From: Candidatus Latescibacterota bacterium
GTDB lineage: Bacteria; Latescibacterota; UBA2968
Length of the DNA stretch: 64,000 bases
Assembly: GCA_965214925.1 (NCBI GenBank)
Contig: OZ244028.1
Coordinates: 709,121-773,120, forward strand
Reading direction: 5' to 3'
This document shows, piece after piece, positions 1-9,799 of the stretch. Position numbers and translations under genes: made by a program. The notes beneath the pieces were generated by a model, which saw only the letters and a program-made list of their open reading frames with translations, did no database searches and was not told the DNA's origin. Position 1 is the stretch's first letter. Every line of letters starts with the position of its first letter.

Positions 1-36
1 GATCATGCCTTTCAGACGAGGAATCCGTACCGATGA

Positions 37-282
37 TCTCGGACCTCGCGGGAGATCAAGAGTTTTATCAATGATCATGCCTTTCAGACTCTGCCTCTTA
101 CTGAAAATATCGGACACAGAGCGTCTGTATATATGGAAGAATATCCCCTTAAGACAGCACTGTATCTGGCAGATGCATTGATTGCAGCAACCGCTGTTGA
201 ACATCATTCAACACTTTGTACAGCCAATAGAAAACATTACCGCGAAATCAACGAACTCAATCTAAAAATCTTTCGCCCCTGA
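37..282 (+). pseudogene. PIN-domain (VapC-like) toxin, C-terminal fragment only
   Basis: In-frame translation ends ...LADALIAATAVEHHSTLCTANRKHYREINELNLKIFRP*, which is the typical PIN/VapC C-terminal half. An in-frame stop at 34-36 and the absence of the N-terminal Asp region mean the gene is truncated. It is flanked by the 17-nt direct repeat gatcatgcctttcagac at 1-17 and 73-89. Confidence 0.5.
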
Positions 283-362
283 ACCGACAATAAAACCTGC
301 CTGTCGGCAGACAGGTTAAAAGTTGTCCCTTTTGACTGAAAAACTAAACGATAGGACTAACA

Positions 363-1850
363 ATGGCACATTCGAAACCCAACCTGCTCTACATCCACTC
401 TGACCAGCACGACCCTTATGTCACGGGTTGCTATGGGGACAAAGTCGTTGCAACTCCCCATCTCGACGGGCTCGCGGCAAATGGTATTGTTTTTGAAAAT
501 TGCTACTGTCCCTCGCCGATATGCGTGCCCTCGCGCATGTCCATGCTGTCTGGACGCTATCCCCATGAGAATCAAGTGTGGACCAACGCGCACATCCTCC
601 ACTCGGGTATTCCCACTTTTGCCCATGCCATGGGCGTGGGCGGTTATGGTCCCGTGCTCATCGGGCGCATGCATGCCAATGGGCCAGACCAGTTGCACGG
701 GTATGCGGAACGCCTCATCGGCGATCACGGCCCCAATCACTTGGGCGGGCGCGGCGTCAACCACGGGATGCTCTCGGGCACGGCAGGCCCTGGGCGCGTC
801 AGCCTGCGGAAATCGGGGATTGGGCAAAGTGCCTATCAGGTGCACGACGAAGACGTCACCGCGGCAACGGTTGCCTATCTCGACCGATTGGGCGTCAAGA
901 AACGCGCCGGACAACCCGCGGAGCCGTTCTCTTTAACGGTTGGCTTTATGCTGCCTCACCAGCCTTTTGTCGCGCGCCGGGCCGACTACGATCGCTATGA
1001 CGGTCGCGTGCCACCCCCCGCGGTCTCTGTCCCCTTCTCCGACGACCTGCATCCCCACATCAAGTCCTGGCGCGAACACTGCGGCATTGCCCATGTCACA
1101 GCGGCCGAGATCCATCGCGCGCGCACGGCTTATTGGGCTCTCGTCGATCGCATGGATGCCATGATCGGGCAGATCCTCGCGGCTCTTTGCGACAACGATT
1201 TGATCGACAACACCCTGATTGTCTATATGTCGGATCACGGGGAACAGGCCGGCGAACACGGCTTGTGGTGGAAGCAAACTTTTTACGAACATTCCGCCAA
1301 AGTGCCCGCCATCCTCTCGTGGCCCGGTCACTTGCCCAAAGGCAAACGCTTTGACCATGTCATCTCGTCGCTCGACCTCAACGCCACAATGCTCGAAGCC
1401 TTGCAATGCCCGGAACTCCCGCATGCTCGCGGTCGGTCACTCCTGCCCCTGATGCGCGGCGAGAACGCCTCATGGGACAATGTCGCGTTCTCTGAATTTT
1501 GCCAAGATCGCGCAGGTGGCGGCGGCCCCTTCCCAACCGAAGGCGTGTACCAGCGCATGCTCCGGCAGGACGAATGGAAATTCAATTACTACCACAATCA
1601 GCCCTGCCAACTCTTCAACCTGCGGGAAGACCCCGACGAATTACACGACCGTGCGGACGATTCCGCATGTCAAAGCCTGATCAAAGACTTCACCGCGCGC
1701 GTCCTCAACGGCTGGCATCCCGAAGCCATTGCATCGCATATCGCCGCGCAAAACAAAGACCACCGCATCCTTTCCGCATGGGCGCGCCACACCAAACCCG
1801 CAGATACGGTCCGCTGGGACTTGCGCCCCGAAATGGATTATCTGGAATAG
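363..1850 (+). CDS. sulfatase (arylsulfatase family, Cys-type), no signal peptide
   Basis: 495-aa ORF. Carries the sulfatase signature C-V-P-S-R-MSMLSGRYP (formylglycine motif) and an N-terminal LLYIHSDQHD metal-binding motif. No signal peptide is visible. Confidence 0.85.
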   Translation: MAHSKPNLLYIHSDQHDPYVTGCYGDKVVATPHLDGLAANGIVFENCYCPSPICVPSRMSMLSGRYPHENQVWTNAHILHSGIPTFAHAMGVGGYGPVLIGRMHANGPDQLHGYAERLIGDHGPNHLGGRGVNHGMLSGTAGPGRVSLRKSGIGQSAYQVHDEDVTAATVAYLDRLGVKKRAGQPAEPFSLTVGFMLPHQPFVARRADYDRYDGRVPPPAVSVPFSDDLHPHIKSWREHCGIAHVTAAEIHRARTAYWALVDRMDAMIGQILAALCDNDLIDNTLIVYMSDHGEQAGEHGLWWKQTFYEHSAKVPAILSWPGHLPKGKRFDHVISSLDLNATMLEALQCPELPHARGRSLLPLMRGENASWDNVAFSEFCQDRAGGGGPFPTEGVYQRMLRQDEWKFNYYHNQPCQLFNLREDPDELHDRADDSACQSLIKDFTARVLNGWHPEAIASHIAAQNKDHRILSAWARHTKPADTVRWDLRPEMDYLE

Positions 1851-1868
1851 TGCGCGGAGCATCATTCA

Positions 1869-2438
1869 ATGGACAATTTTGCAGGCCATCATGTTCACCT
1901 GAGAACGGAACGCTTGAGGCTTCGGCCATTTGAGGACATCGATTTTGATCTTGCGGTGCCTTTTTATTGCGATCCCGATTTTCTAAATGCCATGGAGGGG
2001 GAGCCGCCTGATGAACCCGTGACAAGTGACTATCTCAAACGGGCGGGCGAGCACATGGCAAAACAAGGCTTCATGTTTGCAATTGTGGAAAAGGCGAGCG
2101 GACGAACCATTGGCGAGGTGTGTTTGCAGGAGATGAATTTGGAACGGGCAAAAATCAAGGGCGAGAAAGTGATGCGCTTGCCCATTGGGATCTGGGACAA
2201 GTCGCTGTGGGGCAAGGGCTATGGAAAAGAAGTGGTGCGGTGCATGATGGCGTACGCGTTTGGGGCATTGGGCATTGATCGGTTCTGCGCGGTGGATGTC
2301 CGTGCAGACAATGCGCGTTCAAAAGCGTTGTGGTGGTCGTGTGGATTGACCGTCTCGAGGAAAGTGGATGGCGGGAAGTGGCTGGATTTTGAGATCACGC
2401 GATCAGAATACGAGCAGGCCAATCAACGCGCCCCTTGA
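1869..2438 (+). CDS. GNAT family N-acetyltransferase (RimJ/RimL-like)
   Basis: 189-aa ORF. The N-terminal ERLRLRPF motif and the overall acetyltransferase pattern are present. Confidence 0.6.
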   Translation: MDNFAGHHVHLRTERLRLRPFEDIDFDLAVPFYCDPDFLNAMEGEPPDEPVTSDYLKRAGEHMAKQGFMFAIVEKASGRTIGEVCLQEMNLERAKIKGEKVMRLPIGIWDKSLWGKGYGKEVVRCMMAYAFGALGIDRFCAVDVRADNARSKALWWSCGLTVSRKVDGGKWLDFEITRSEYEQANQRAP

Positions 2439-2474
2439 ATGGCGTGCGGGAAAAATTGCGTTTTGGGATTTTCT

Positions 2475-3671
2475 ATGAAAACCGGACTGACCCGACTCGA
2501 CGGGGTGTCGTGGGGCGGATTCGTGATGTTTGCCACCAGCGGTGTGGTGACGCCGATATGCCTGCCCGAAATCGCCGAAACCCTGTCCATTTCCCTCTCT
2601 GAAAGCGGCGGTCTGGAAACCGTGCGTCTCCTGCTCCTGCTCGTCGTCTTAATTTTGACCGGCATCCTCGCACGCAAATGGGGAAAAAAACATCTTCTGG
2701 CTTGGGGTCAATATCTCACCGCCATTGGCCTGCTGATGATCAGTTATGCCCACACCTATCCCCTGGTGCTCCTGTCGCTCATGGTCGTCGGCATTGGCGG
2801 TGGATTCACCGAAGCCCTCATCAATCCCTTGGTCGTTGACCTTCATCCCAAAAACTCGGGCAAATACCTCAACATCACCAATGCCTTTTATCCCATTGGC
2901 GTGGTGGTTTCCGCGCTCCTTTTTGGCGAACTTTTAACCCTCGGTTATTCATGGCGAATCGCGTTTCGCATTGCGGCAGCAGGCGCGCTTTTGATGGGTC
3001 TGTTGTTCCACATGTCGCGTTTTCCCGTGCCTTCGGCAGGCCGGCACTCATCCCTACACCTGATCGCACAAATTCTCAGCGCACCCCAATTCTGGCTCTT
3101 TGCCATCGCCTTGTTTTTGGGCGCAGGGGTTGAAGCAGCATTCACATTCTGGAGCCGCAGTTATGTGGAAACCTATCTTCAAGACGTGCCGCGCGCCGGT
3201 GCAATCGCGGTCGTGGTCTTTGCGGGCACCATGGCTATCGGACGCTTGCTTTCCGCAAAATTGTCCCATAAGATGAGCCTGAAAACATTGATGATCTGTT
3301 CGGCTATTCTCGGTGTTGGCGTCAGCAGTGGCATTCCCTTTTCAGAAAGCCTGATCGAATTTTACGCGCTGCTCGTTTTCGCCGGGTTTGCAACCGCCTG
3401 CTTCTGGCCGACCCTTCTGGCCGAAGCAGCAGACCGTTTGCCCGTTGATGCCACCATGATGTTTGTGATGCTCGCGTGTTTTGGCATTGTCGGATTTGGC
3501 ATCACGCCGTGGATTATGGGCATCATCGGAGACAGTGCCGGCTTAAAAGCTGGGTTTTTACTTATTCCCGGTTTCTTTATGGGCTTGATCGTCTTCCTTG
3601 CTGCAATAGCTATCAGCGGTCAGCAGTTAGCGGTCAGTCCGCCCCGCAAAGACGCGAGACGCAAGACGTGA
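2475..3671 (+). CDS. MFS transporter
   Basis: About 400-aa ORF with 10-12 predicted hydrophobic helices. An alternative upstream start lies at 2439. Confidence 0.6.
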   Translation: MKTGLTRLDGVSWGGFVMFATSGVVTPICLPEIAETLSISLSESGGLETVRLLLLLVVLILTGILARKWGKKHLLAWGQYLTAIGLLMISYAHTYPLVLLSLMVVGIGGGFTEALINPLVVDLHPKNSGKYLNITNAFYPIGVVVSALLFGELLTLGYSWRIAFRIAAAGALLMGLLFHMSRFPVPSAGRHSSLHLIAQILSAPQFWLFAIALFLGAGVEAAFTFWSRSYVETYLQDVPRAGAIAVVVFAGTMAIGRLLSAKLSHKMSLKTLMICSAILGVGVSSGIPFSESLIEFYALLVFAGFATACFWPTLLAEAADRLPVDATMMFVMLACFGIVGFGITPWIMGIIGDSAGLKAGFLLIPGFFMGLIVFLAAIAISGQQLAVSPPRKDARRKT

Positions 3672-3711
3672 GAGGTAATACCAATCGTATGAATTAACTT
3701 TGCAGTATCGC

Positions 3712-3749
3712 CTACGGGTCTTTTTTTTTATAAAAACAACGACCCGTAG
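3712..3749. terminator. hairpin (ctacgggtc / gacccgtag) with an A/T-rich loop, between convergent MFS and sulfatase genes
   Basis: A 9-bp perfect inverted repeat around T9/A-rich sequence. It is a plausible bidirectional terminator. Confidence 0.35.
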
Positions 3750-5245
3750 CGTCTGCCTTTGTGTACCAGATTGGTCGGCGCAAACCGCTTGTTCAATCCT
3801 TTTTCGCGACTCGACCGCCCCGTGTCTGTGCGATACTGCAACGTGAATCGCATCAATTGTGCGAGCAGGTCAAAACGCACCTCTGCGTATTTTGGATCGG
3901 CCCAAACATTGGCGATCTCGCCTGGGTCATTGCGGTGATCGTACAATTCTCCTTCATCTAACCCGCCGTAAAACACCAACCGAAAATCTCGCGTGCGAAT
4001 TGCCGATACCTTGCCTGCGGGGTGAAACTGTTGTGCAGTTGTACCCCGCCATCCCCAGTCCCACTCGCAAAACGCCGCGTCTTTGCCCTCTGTCTCGCCA
4101 GTTACAACAGGTGCCAAATCGCGTCCATCTCGCGCATCGGGAATGGGAATATCGCAGAGATGGCACAGCGTGGGATACCAATCCACCGATTCGACAATCG
4201 CATCACACGTCGCGCCCGACGGGCCACCCGGCCAGCGCAAGACATAAGGAATGCGGTGAATTGAATCGTAAATCCCAAAATTCTTGTGGAACAACCCGTG
4301 ATCGCCTGCAAAATCACCGTGATCCGCGCAATAAAACACCACGGTGTTTTCCAACTCACCCATTTCGTCCAAGTAATCCAGCACCCGTCCAATCTCAGAA
4401 TCAATCGCTGTAATCAACGCGTAATAGCTCGCCAGACAGCGCTTTAACCGGGCGGGATTTGGATCGGCCAAGGGATACCCACATCCTTTGGCCAATCGCT
4501 TTTGCATAAACTCGGGCTTGCCGGCAAAGCGATGCACAAAATAGTCAACCGCGCTTTCTGGCAACACCATCTCATCGGGATTGTACATATCAAAATGCGC
4601 TGTTGCAGGCGCGATCGGTGCGTGTGGCCTTTGAAAACTCATGTGGAGAAAAAACGATCGCTCGTGGTCCCGCGCCTTCAAAAATGCCAGCGATTCATTG
4701 CCCGTATAGTGCTCAATTGAATGCCGATATGGCAATTGGGCCGGCGCGCTGCCATCCAGCGTGTATTCCTGTCCGGGTTTGGCCGAGCCTTCTTCGTAAA
4801 AATCCGATAGCCCCAGGTCTTCCAAATATTTGAAATAGTGTGTCTCTGTCGGATCCGTATGCGTGGCGTCGCACAAATCTGTATATCGAATGCGCTCAAA
4901 CCCATCTGCATCCCAGCGCCGAACCATGTGCGCCTTGCCGATCACGGCTGTTTGATACCCGTATTTCCGAAACTGACACGCCAGTGTATTGGGGTTCGCT
5001 TCGGGGATTTCCGCATGATCGTTGCCAAACATCCGATGCGTGTGGCAATACTGCCCGGTCATAAAACAAATCCGCGACGGCGAGCAAATCGGATTGTTGC
5101 AAAACGCATGTGTAAATACCACGCCTTCATCCGCCATGCGGTTGATGTTGGGGGTTTTCACATTGGGATGTCCGGCAAATCCCGTGCAACTGGCATTGTG
5201 CTGATCCGACATCAACCACAACACATTGGGTCTTTGAGCCATAAA
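3728..5245 (-). CDS. sulfatase (Cys-type), no signal peptide
   Basis: Carries the C-S-P-S-R-ICFMTGQY signature and an LWLMSDQHN motif. The likely start is MAQRPNVLW; the ORF extends to 5260. Confidence 0.85.
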   Translation of the reverse strand, partial: FMAQRPNVLWLMSDQHNASCTGFAGHPNVKTPNINRMADEGVVFTHAFCNNPICSPSRICFMTGQYCHTHRMFGNDHAEIPEANPNTLACQFRKYGYQTAVIGKAHMVRRWDADGFERIRYTDLCDATHTDPTETHYFKYLEDLGLSDFYEEGSAKPGQEYTLDGSAPAQLPYRHSIEHYTGNESLAFLKARDHERSFFLHMSFQRPHAPIAPATAHFDMYNPDEMVLPESAVDYFVHRFAGKPEFMQKRLAKGCGYPLADPNPARLKRCLASYYALITAIDSEIGRVLDYLDEMGELENTVVFYCADHGDFAGDHGLFHKNFGIYDSIHRIPYVLRWPGGPSGATCDAIVESVDWYPTLCHLCDIPIPDARDGRDLAPVVTGETEGKDAAFCEWDWGWRGTTAQQFHPAGKVSAIRTRDFRLVFYGGLDEGELYDHRNDPGEIANVWADPKYAEVRFDLLAQLMRFTLQYRTDTGRSSREKGLNKRFAPTNLVHKGRRYGSLFL

Positions 5246-5327
5246 TTTCCATCCTTTCAAAAAAGTGCAGCGTGTGTTGATTCGCCGACTGTTTGCAGAA
5301 TATGGGGCAAATCGTTAAATTGATTTG

Positions 5328-5347
5328 GTGCGGCGCGCGCGCCGCAC
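5328..5347. promoter_or_regulatory. perfect 20-bp GC palindrome GTGCGGCGCGCGCGCCGCAC in the divergent promoter region
   Basis: An exact reverse-complement palindrome between the divergently transcribed sulfatase and DUF1015 genes. It is a candidate operator or structural hairpin. Confidence 0.3.
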
Positions 5348-5384
5348 TTGTTTTCAAACCGCTCTTACACTGGGGAAGGACATC

Positions 5385-6743
5385 ATGTTCACGGAATTAA
5401 ACCACTGCTTTGACGCCATCGCCCTCCGCGTGCCCAAAATTTTGCTTCCAAATCCCGAAATTGATTGCAGCAAATGGGCAGTCATTGCCTGCGACCAGTA
5501 TGTACACGACAGGTCGTATTGGGAAGAGGTCAAAAGCATTGTGGGGAACACGCCCTCAACGCTGGATCTCATCTATCCCGAAGTCTATCTCTACGACGAT
5601 GAGCACAAAGAACGCATTGCCCGCGTGCACAACAACATGAAACGCTTTGTAACCGATGGCATTTTCCGCGACAAAATCGAAGGTTTTTTGCTCGTGGATC
5701 GCCTTCTGCCGTCTGGAAAATCGCGAAAGGGACTCGTCGTGGCTCTGGACCTCGAGCACTACGACAGCCGCAGCCAGTCAAAAACCCTCATCCGAACAAC
5801 CGAGGGCACCTATCGCAAAAACCTCGACGCGCGTTTGGAGGTTCGGGGCAATGCCTCGGTCGAGTCCCCCCATATTCTGGTGCTCATTGACGACCCTCAA
5901 AAAGAAATTATCGAACCCCTCTTTGAAGTGGGCTATCCCAACATCGTCGATTTCGAACTCATGATGAATGGGGGACGGCTCAGGTACCAGTTGATCGATA
6001 GCAAAGACGACATTGCGCGCATCGCGCAAAAACTCGCCAAACGCATTGAACCCGATTACATCAACGCAAAGTACGGGATTGAAAACGAAACGCTCCTGTA
6101 CGCGATGGGCGATGGCAACCACTCATTTGCCGCCGCGCAAAAAGCTTGGGAAAATATTCGGTCAACAGTCGTTGACGGGCGAGGCATCGCGCGACATCCC
6201 GCGCGGTATGCGATGGTCGAGTTGATCAACCTGCACGACGATGCCATAGATATAGAGCCAATCCACAGGCTGATCGCCCCTGTTGATCCAACGACCACGT
6301 GCAACGCGATGGTCGCATTGCTCAATGAATCTGCCGCCCGTGCGCGTTTGGAAAAGGTCTCATCAACTGAGGAACAAAATCAACGCATCGCGATCCTGGG
6401 ATCTGAATCAACCCATTGCTTGCCCTATCGCGCCGCGGGGAACATGGGCATTCTCGTGGTCGAAAATCCATCTCAAAGGACCATACCCGAAACTATGGAA
6501 GCCGCGCTCGACCTGTTCACGCGAGAAAACACCGAAGCCGAAGTCGGGTTTATCCACGGCGCAGACGTGATTGACGACCTTGGCAACAGACCTGATACAC
6601 TCGGTTTTTACATGCCATCCATTTCAAAAGACAGCGTGTTTGAGTCTATTGTTCGCTATGGCGCGTATCCCCGCAAGTCCATATCCATTGGTCACGCGGA
6701 CGAAAAACGCTACTACATGGAGTGCCGCAGCCTCGTCCCGTAA
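5385..6743 (+). CDS. DUF1015-family protein
   Basis: About 450-aa ORF. The N-terminal ALRVPKILLPNPE...VIACDQY and YPEVYLYD segments resemble the DUF1015 family. This assignment rests on memory of the family consensus. Confidence 0.45.
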   Translation: MFTELNHCFDAIALRVPKILLPNPEIDCSKWAVIACDQYVHDRSYWEEVKSIVGNTPSTLDLIYPEVYLYDDEHKERIARVHNNMKRFVTDGIFRDKIEGFLLVDRLLPSGKSRKGLVVALDLEHYDSRSQSKTLIRTTEGTYRKNLDARLEVRGNASVESPHILVLIDDPQKEIIEPLFEVGYPNIVDFELMMNGGRLRYQLIDSKDDIARIAQKLAKRIEPDYINAKYGIENETLLYAMGDGNHSFAAAQKAWENIRSTVVDGRGIARHPARYAMVELINLHDDAIDIEPIHRLIAPVDPTTTCNAMVALLNESAARARLEKVSSTEEQNQRIAILGSESTHCLPYRAAGNMGILVVENPSQRTIPETMEAALDLFTRENTEAEVGFIHGADVIDDLGNRPDTLGFYMPSISKDSVFESIVRYGAYPRKSISIGHADEKRYYMECRSLVP

Positions 6744-6911
6744 CTCGAGGATTTACATGGGGAGCACCATCGGGATCACGTGGGTATCACATGCGGACAA
6801 CACGAAATCAGGGCGGTATAACACCTCGAAAAGACGCGCTTGTTTCGATTATCCCATCTGAGTGAGTCTAACGATAATTCGCGGTGATTTCAATTGCAAT
6901 CTGAGGTATGT

Positions 6912-8153
6912 ATGGCTGAGAGATACGATATGATCATTGTGGGGGCCGGCCCGGCGGGAGCGACCGCGGCGTTGTACGCCGCTCGCGCGGGGTTGCGGGT
7001 CTGTTTGGTGGATAAGGCGCGGTTCCCGCGGGACAAAATTTGCGGGGACGCGCTATCGGGCAAAGTGGTGTCGATTTTGCACGAACTCGGTTTGCTCCAC
7101 AAGGTGGCGCGACTGCCGGGCGCAACGATTCGGGAGGTGGTGTTTGGCAGCCCGGATCACGTGGATGCGCGCGTGGATTTGCACCGGTACGATCATCGGG
7201 ATCGGGCAACGGGCAAAATTTTGCCGATGGAAGGGTTTGTCATTCGGCGAGAGGTGCTGGATTATTTTTTGTTTGCGGAAGCGCGGAAAGTCGTCCATGC
7301 GTGTTGTGAGGGATTTGCGGTTAAAGACTTGATACGAGAAGGCAAGCGGGTTGTGGGTGTGCGCGGGATGGCAGATGGAAGAGATCGAGAAATACTGGGA
7401 CGCGTGGTATTGGGTTGCGATGGTTTTAATTCTATGGTGGCGCGCAAAGCGGGATTGTACGCGCATGAATCTGTGCATTGGGTGGTGGCAATTCGGCGTT
7501 ATTACGAAAATGTGGCGGGCTTAGGGGATCAGATCGAGTTGCATTTTGTAGATGAGGTGTTGCCCGGTTACTTCTGGATTTTTCCGCTGGAGAATGGATC
7601 GGCCAATGTGGGCATTGGGATGCGTCACGACGTGCTGAAGAAACGGAGGGTGGATTTGAAGGTGGCGTTGAACGAGGTGATCAATCGGCCGCCTTATGCC
7701 CATCGGTTTAAAGATGCGCGTCCGATGGAAGAGCCTGTGGGATGGAATTTGCCGGTGGGCAGTACGCGCCGGAAAAGTTATGGCGATGGGGTGTTGCTAT
7801 TGGGCGATGCAGCGGGATTGATCGATCCGTTTACGGGTGAGGGCATTGGCAATGCGTTGTATTCGGCGAGATTTGCCGTGGCCGCGGTGAAGGCGGCGAT
7901 TGCAGCGGATGATTATTCAGCGGATTTTTTGAAGCGGTATGAAGACCACTTGTGGGATGCGATTGGCGACGAGTTGGCGACGAGTACGCGGATGCAGAAG
8001 TTGGGGCAGTGGCGTCCCCTGCTCAATTTTACGATTCACAAAGCCGCGCATAACGACAAAGTGCGGGATTTGATCTGCGGGATGATGGCCAATGCCGTGC
8101 CGAAAAAACACCTCGCGAACCCGCTGTTTTATCTCAAGCTGTTGTTCAGTTGA
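6912..8153 (+). CDS. geranylgeranyl reductase family FAD-dependent oxidoreductase
   Basis: The N-terminal MIIVGAGPAGATAALYAARAGLRVCLVDK Rossmann/FAD motif is followed by DKICGDAL, as in the ChlP/GGR family. A GAGG Shine-Dalgarno sits 7 nt upstream of the ATG. Confidence 0.75.
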   Translation: MAERYDMIIVGAGPAGATAALYAARAGLRVCLVDKARFPRDKICGDALSGKVVSILHELGLLHKVARLPGATIREVVFGSPDHVDARVDLHRYDHRDRATGKILPMEGFVIRREVLDYFLFAEARKVVHACCEGFAVKDLIREGKRVVGVRGMADGRDREILGRVVLGCDGFNSMVARKAGLYAHESVHWVVAIRRYYENVAGLGDQIELHFVDEVLPGYFWIFPLENGSANVGIGMRHDVLKKRRVDLKVALNEVINRPPYAHRFKDARPMEEPVGWNLPVGSTRRKSYGDGVLLLGDAAGLIDPFTGEGIGNALYSARFAVAAVKAAIAADDYSADFLKRYEDHLWDAIGDELATSTRMQKLGQWRPLLNFTIHKAAHNDKVRDLICGMMANAVPKKHLANPLFYLKLLFS

Positions 8154-8189
8154 AACGAGCGACAAGGGGGGATCCGTGGTCCGTGGTCA

Positions 8190-8261
8190 AATGATGATTG
8201 GGCAACCACAAGGGTTGCCCCTACGAGGTTGGGTGGACTGACTTGGACGGTCTTCTTACCT
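8190..8261. repeat. MITE-like repeat copy (partial), core ...atgatgattgggcaaccacaagggttgcccctac...
   Basis: It shares the palindromic core gggcaaccacaagggttgcccc and the flanking nucleotides with copies near 50.2 kb and 54.1 kb in inverted orientation. It lies immediately 5' of the truncated AGCS remnant. Confidence 0.55.
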
Positions 8262-8340
8262 TTGAAAGGCCCAAAATCATGAAACGAATTTTGATATGCT
8301 GGATCGGCAACGCGGACTTGCAAGCCTCAGAAGGGGTTGA

Positions 8341-8922
<582 letters not shown>

Positions 8923-9051
8923 TGAAACTACCCGTTGATTGGACTGGATTACTGCGTTGTGCTCGGCTTCTGTCTGCTGACAGGACGAACCGCTGACCGC
9001 TAACCCCTTGGGAGATTGGGTTGGGCGGACTAACCTCTAACCACTGACCTC

Positions 9052-9744
9052 ATGAATACTCCAAACACAGCCCTTGCAGTTCAAAACCTCACCCGCACCT
9101 ACGCCAGCGGGGGGCATCCCCTCACGGTTTTAGACAACGTCACGTTCACCATCCCCAAAGGCCAAACCTGCGCGATTGTGGGCCCTTCGGGCAGTGGCAA
9201 AACCACGCTACTCGGCCTGTGTGCCGGGCTTGACCGCCCAACTTCTGGCACGGTTACCCTTCACGGCTTGGCTCTCGACATTCTCGATGAAGATCAGCGC
9301 GCGGCCGTTCGCAATGAATACGTGGGATTTGTCTTTCAGAGCTTTCAACTCATCCCCACCCTCACCGCCATTGAAAATGTTATGGTGCCCCTTGAACTGC
9401 GCGGGGAAACCGGTGTGTTCGACGATGCCAGAGAATGGCTTGACCGCGTGGGATTGGGCGACCGGCTGACGCATTATCCCACTCAGCTTTCAGGTGGCGA
9501 ACAACAACGCGTGGGCATTGCGCGCGCGTTCATCAACCGACCGCGCATCCTATTTGCCGACGAACCCACGGGCAATCTCGACGCGGACACCAGTCAGACC
9601 ATTGTCGATCTGCTCTTGAACCTCAACCGCGAAGCCGGCACCACCCTCATCCTCGTCACGCATGATCACGACCTCGCCGCGCGCACGCAGCGCATCATTC
9701 GCTTGCAGGGTGGCAAAGTCATAGATCGGGATTTGCGGGATTAG
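9052..9744 (+). CDS. ABC transporter ATP-binding protein (YbbA/LolD/MacB-type)
   Basis: Walker [13 protein letters not shown] signature [14 protein letters not shown] and a Walker B/D-loop are all present. Confidence 0.85.
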   Translation: MNTPNTALAVQNLTRTYASGGHPLTVLDNVTFTIPKGQTCAIVGPSGSGKTTLLGLCAGLDRPTSGTVTLHGLALDILDEDQRAAVRNEYVGFVFQSFQLIPTLTAIENVMVPLELRGETGVFDDAREWLDRVGLGDRLTHYPTQLSGGEQQRVGIARAFINRPRILFADEPTGNLDADTSQTIVDLLLNLNREAGTTLILVTHDHDLAARTQRIIRLQGGKVIDRDLRD

Positions 9745-9799
9745 AGGATGGGGAGGATCGGTTTGGACAATATAAATCACTTGTACTTCTGCACTTCTT

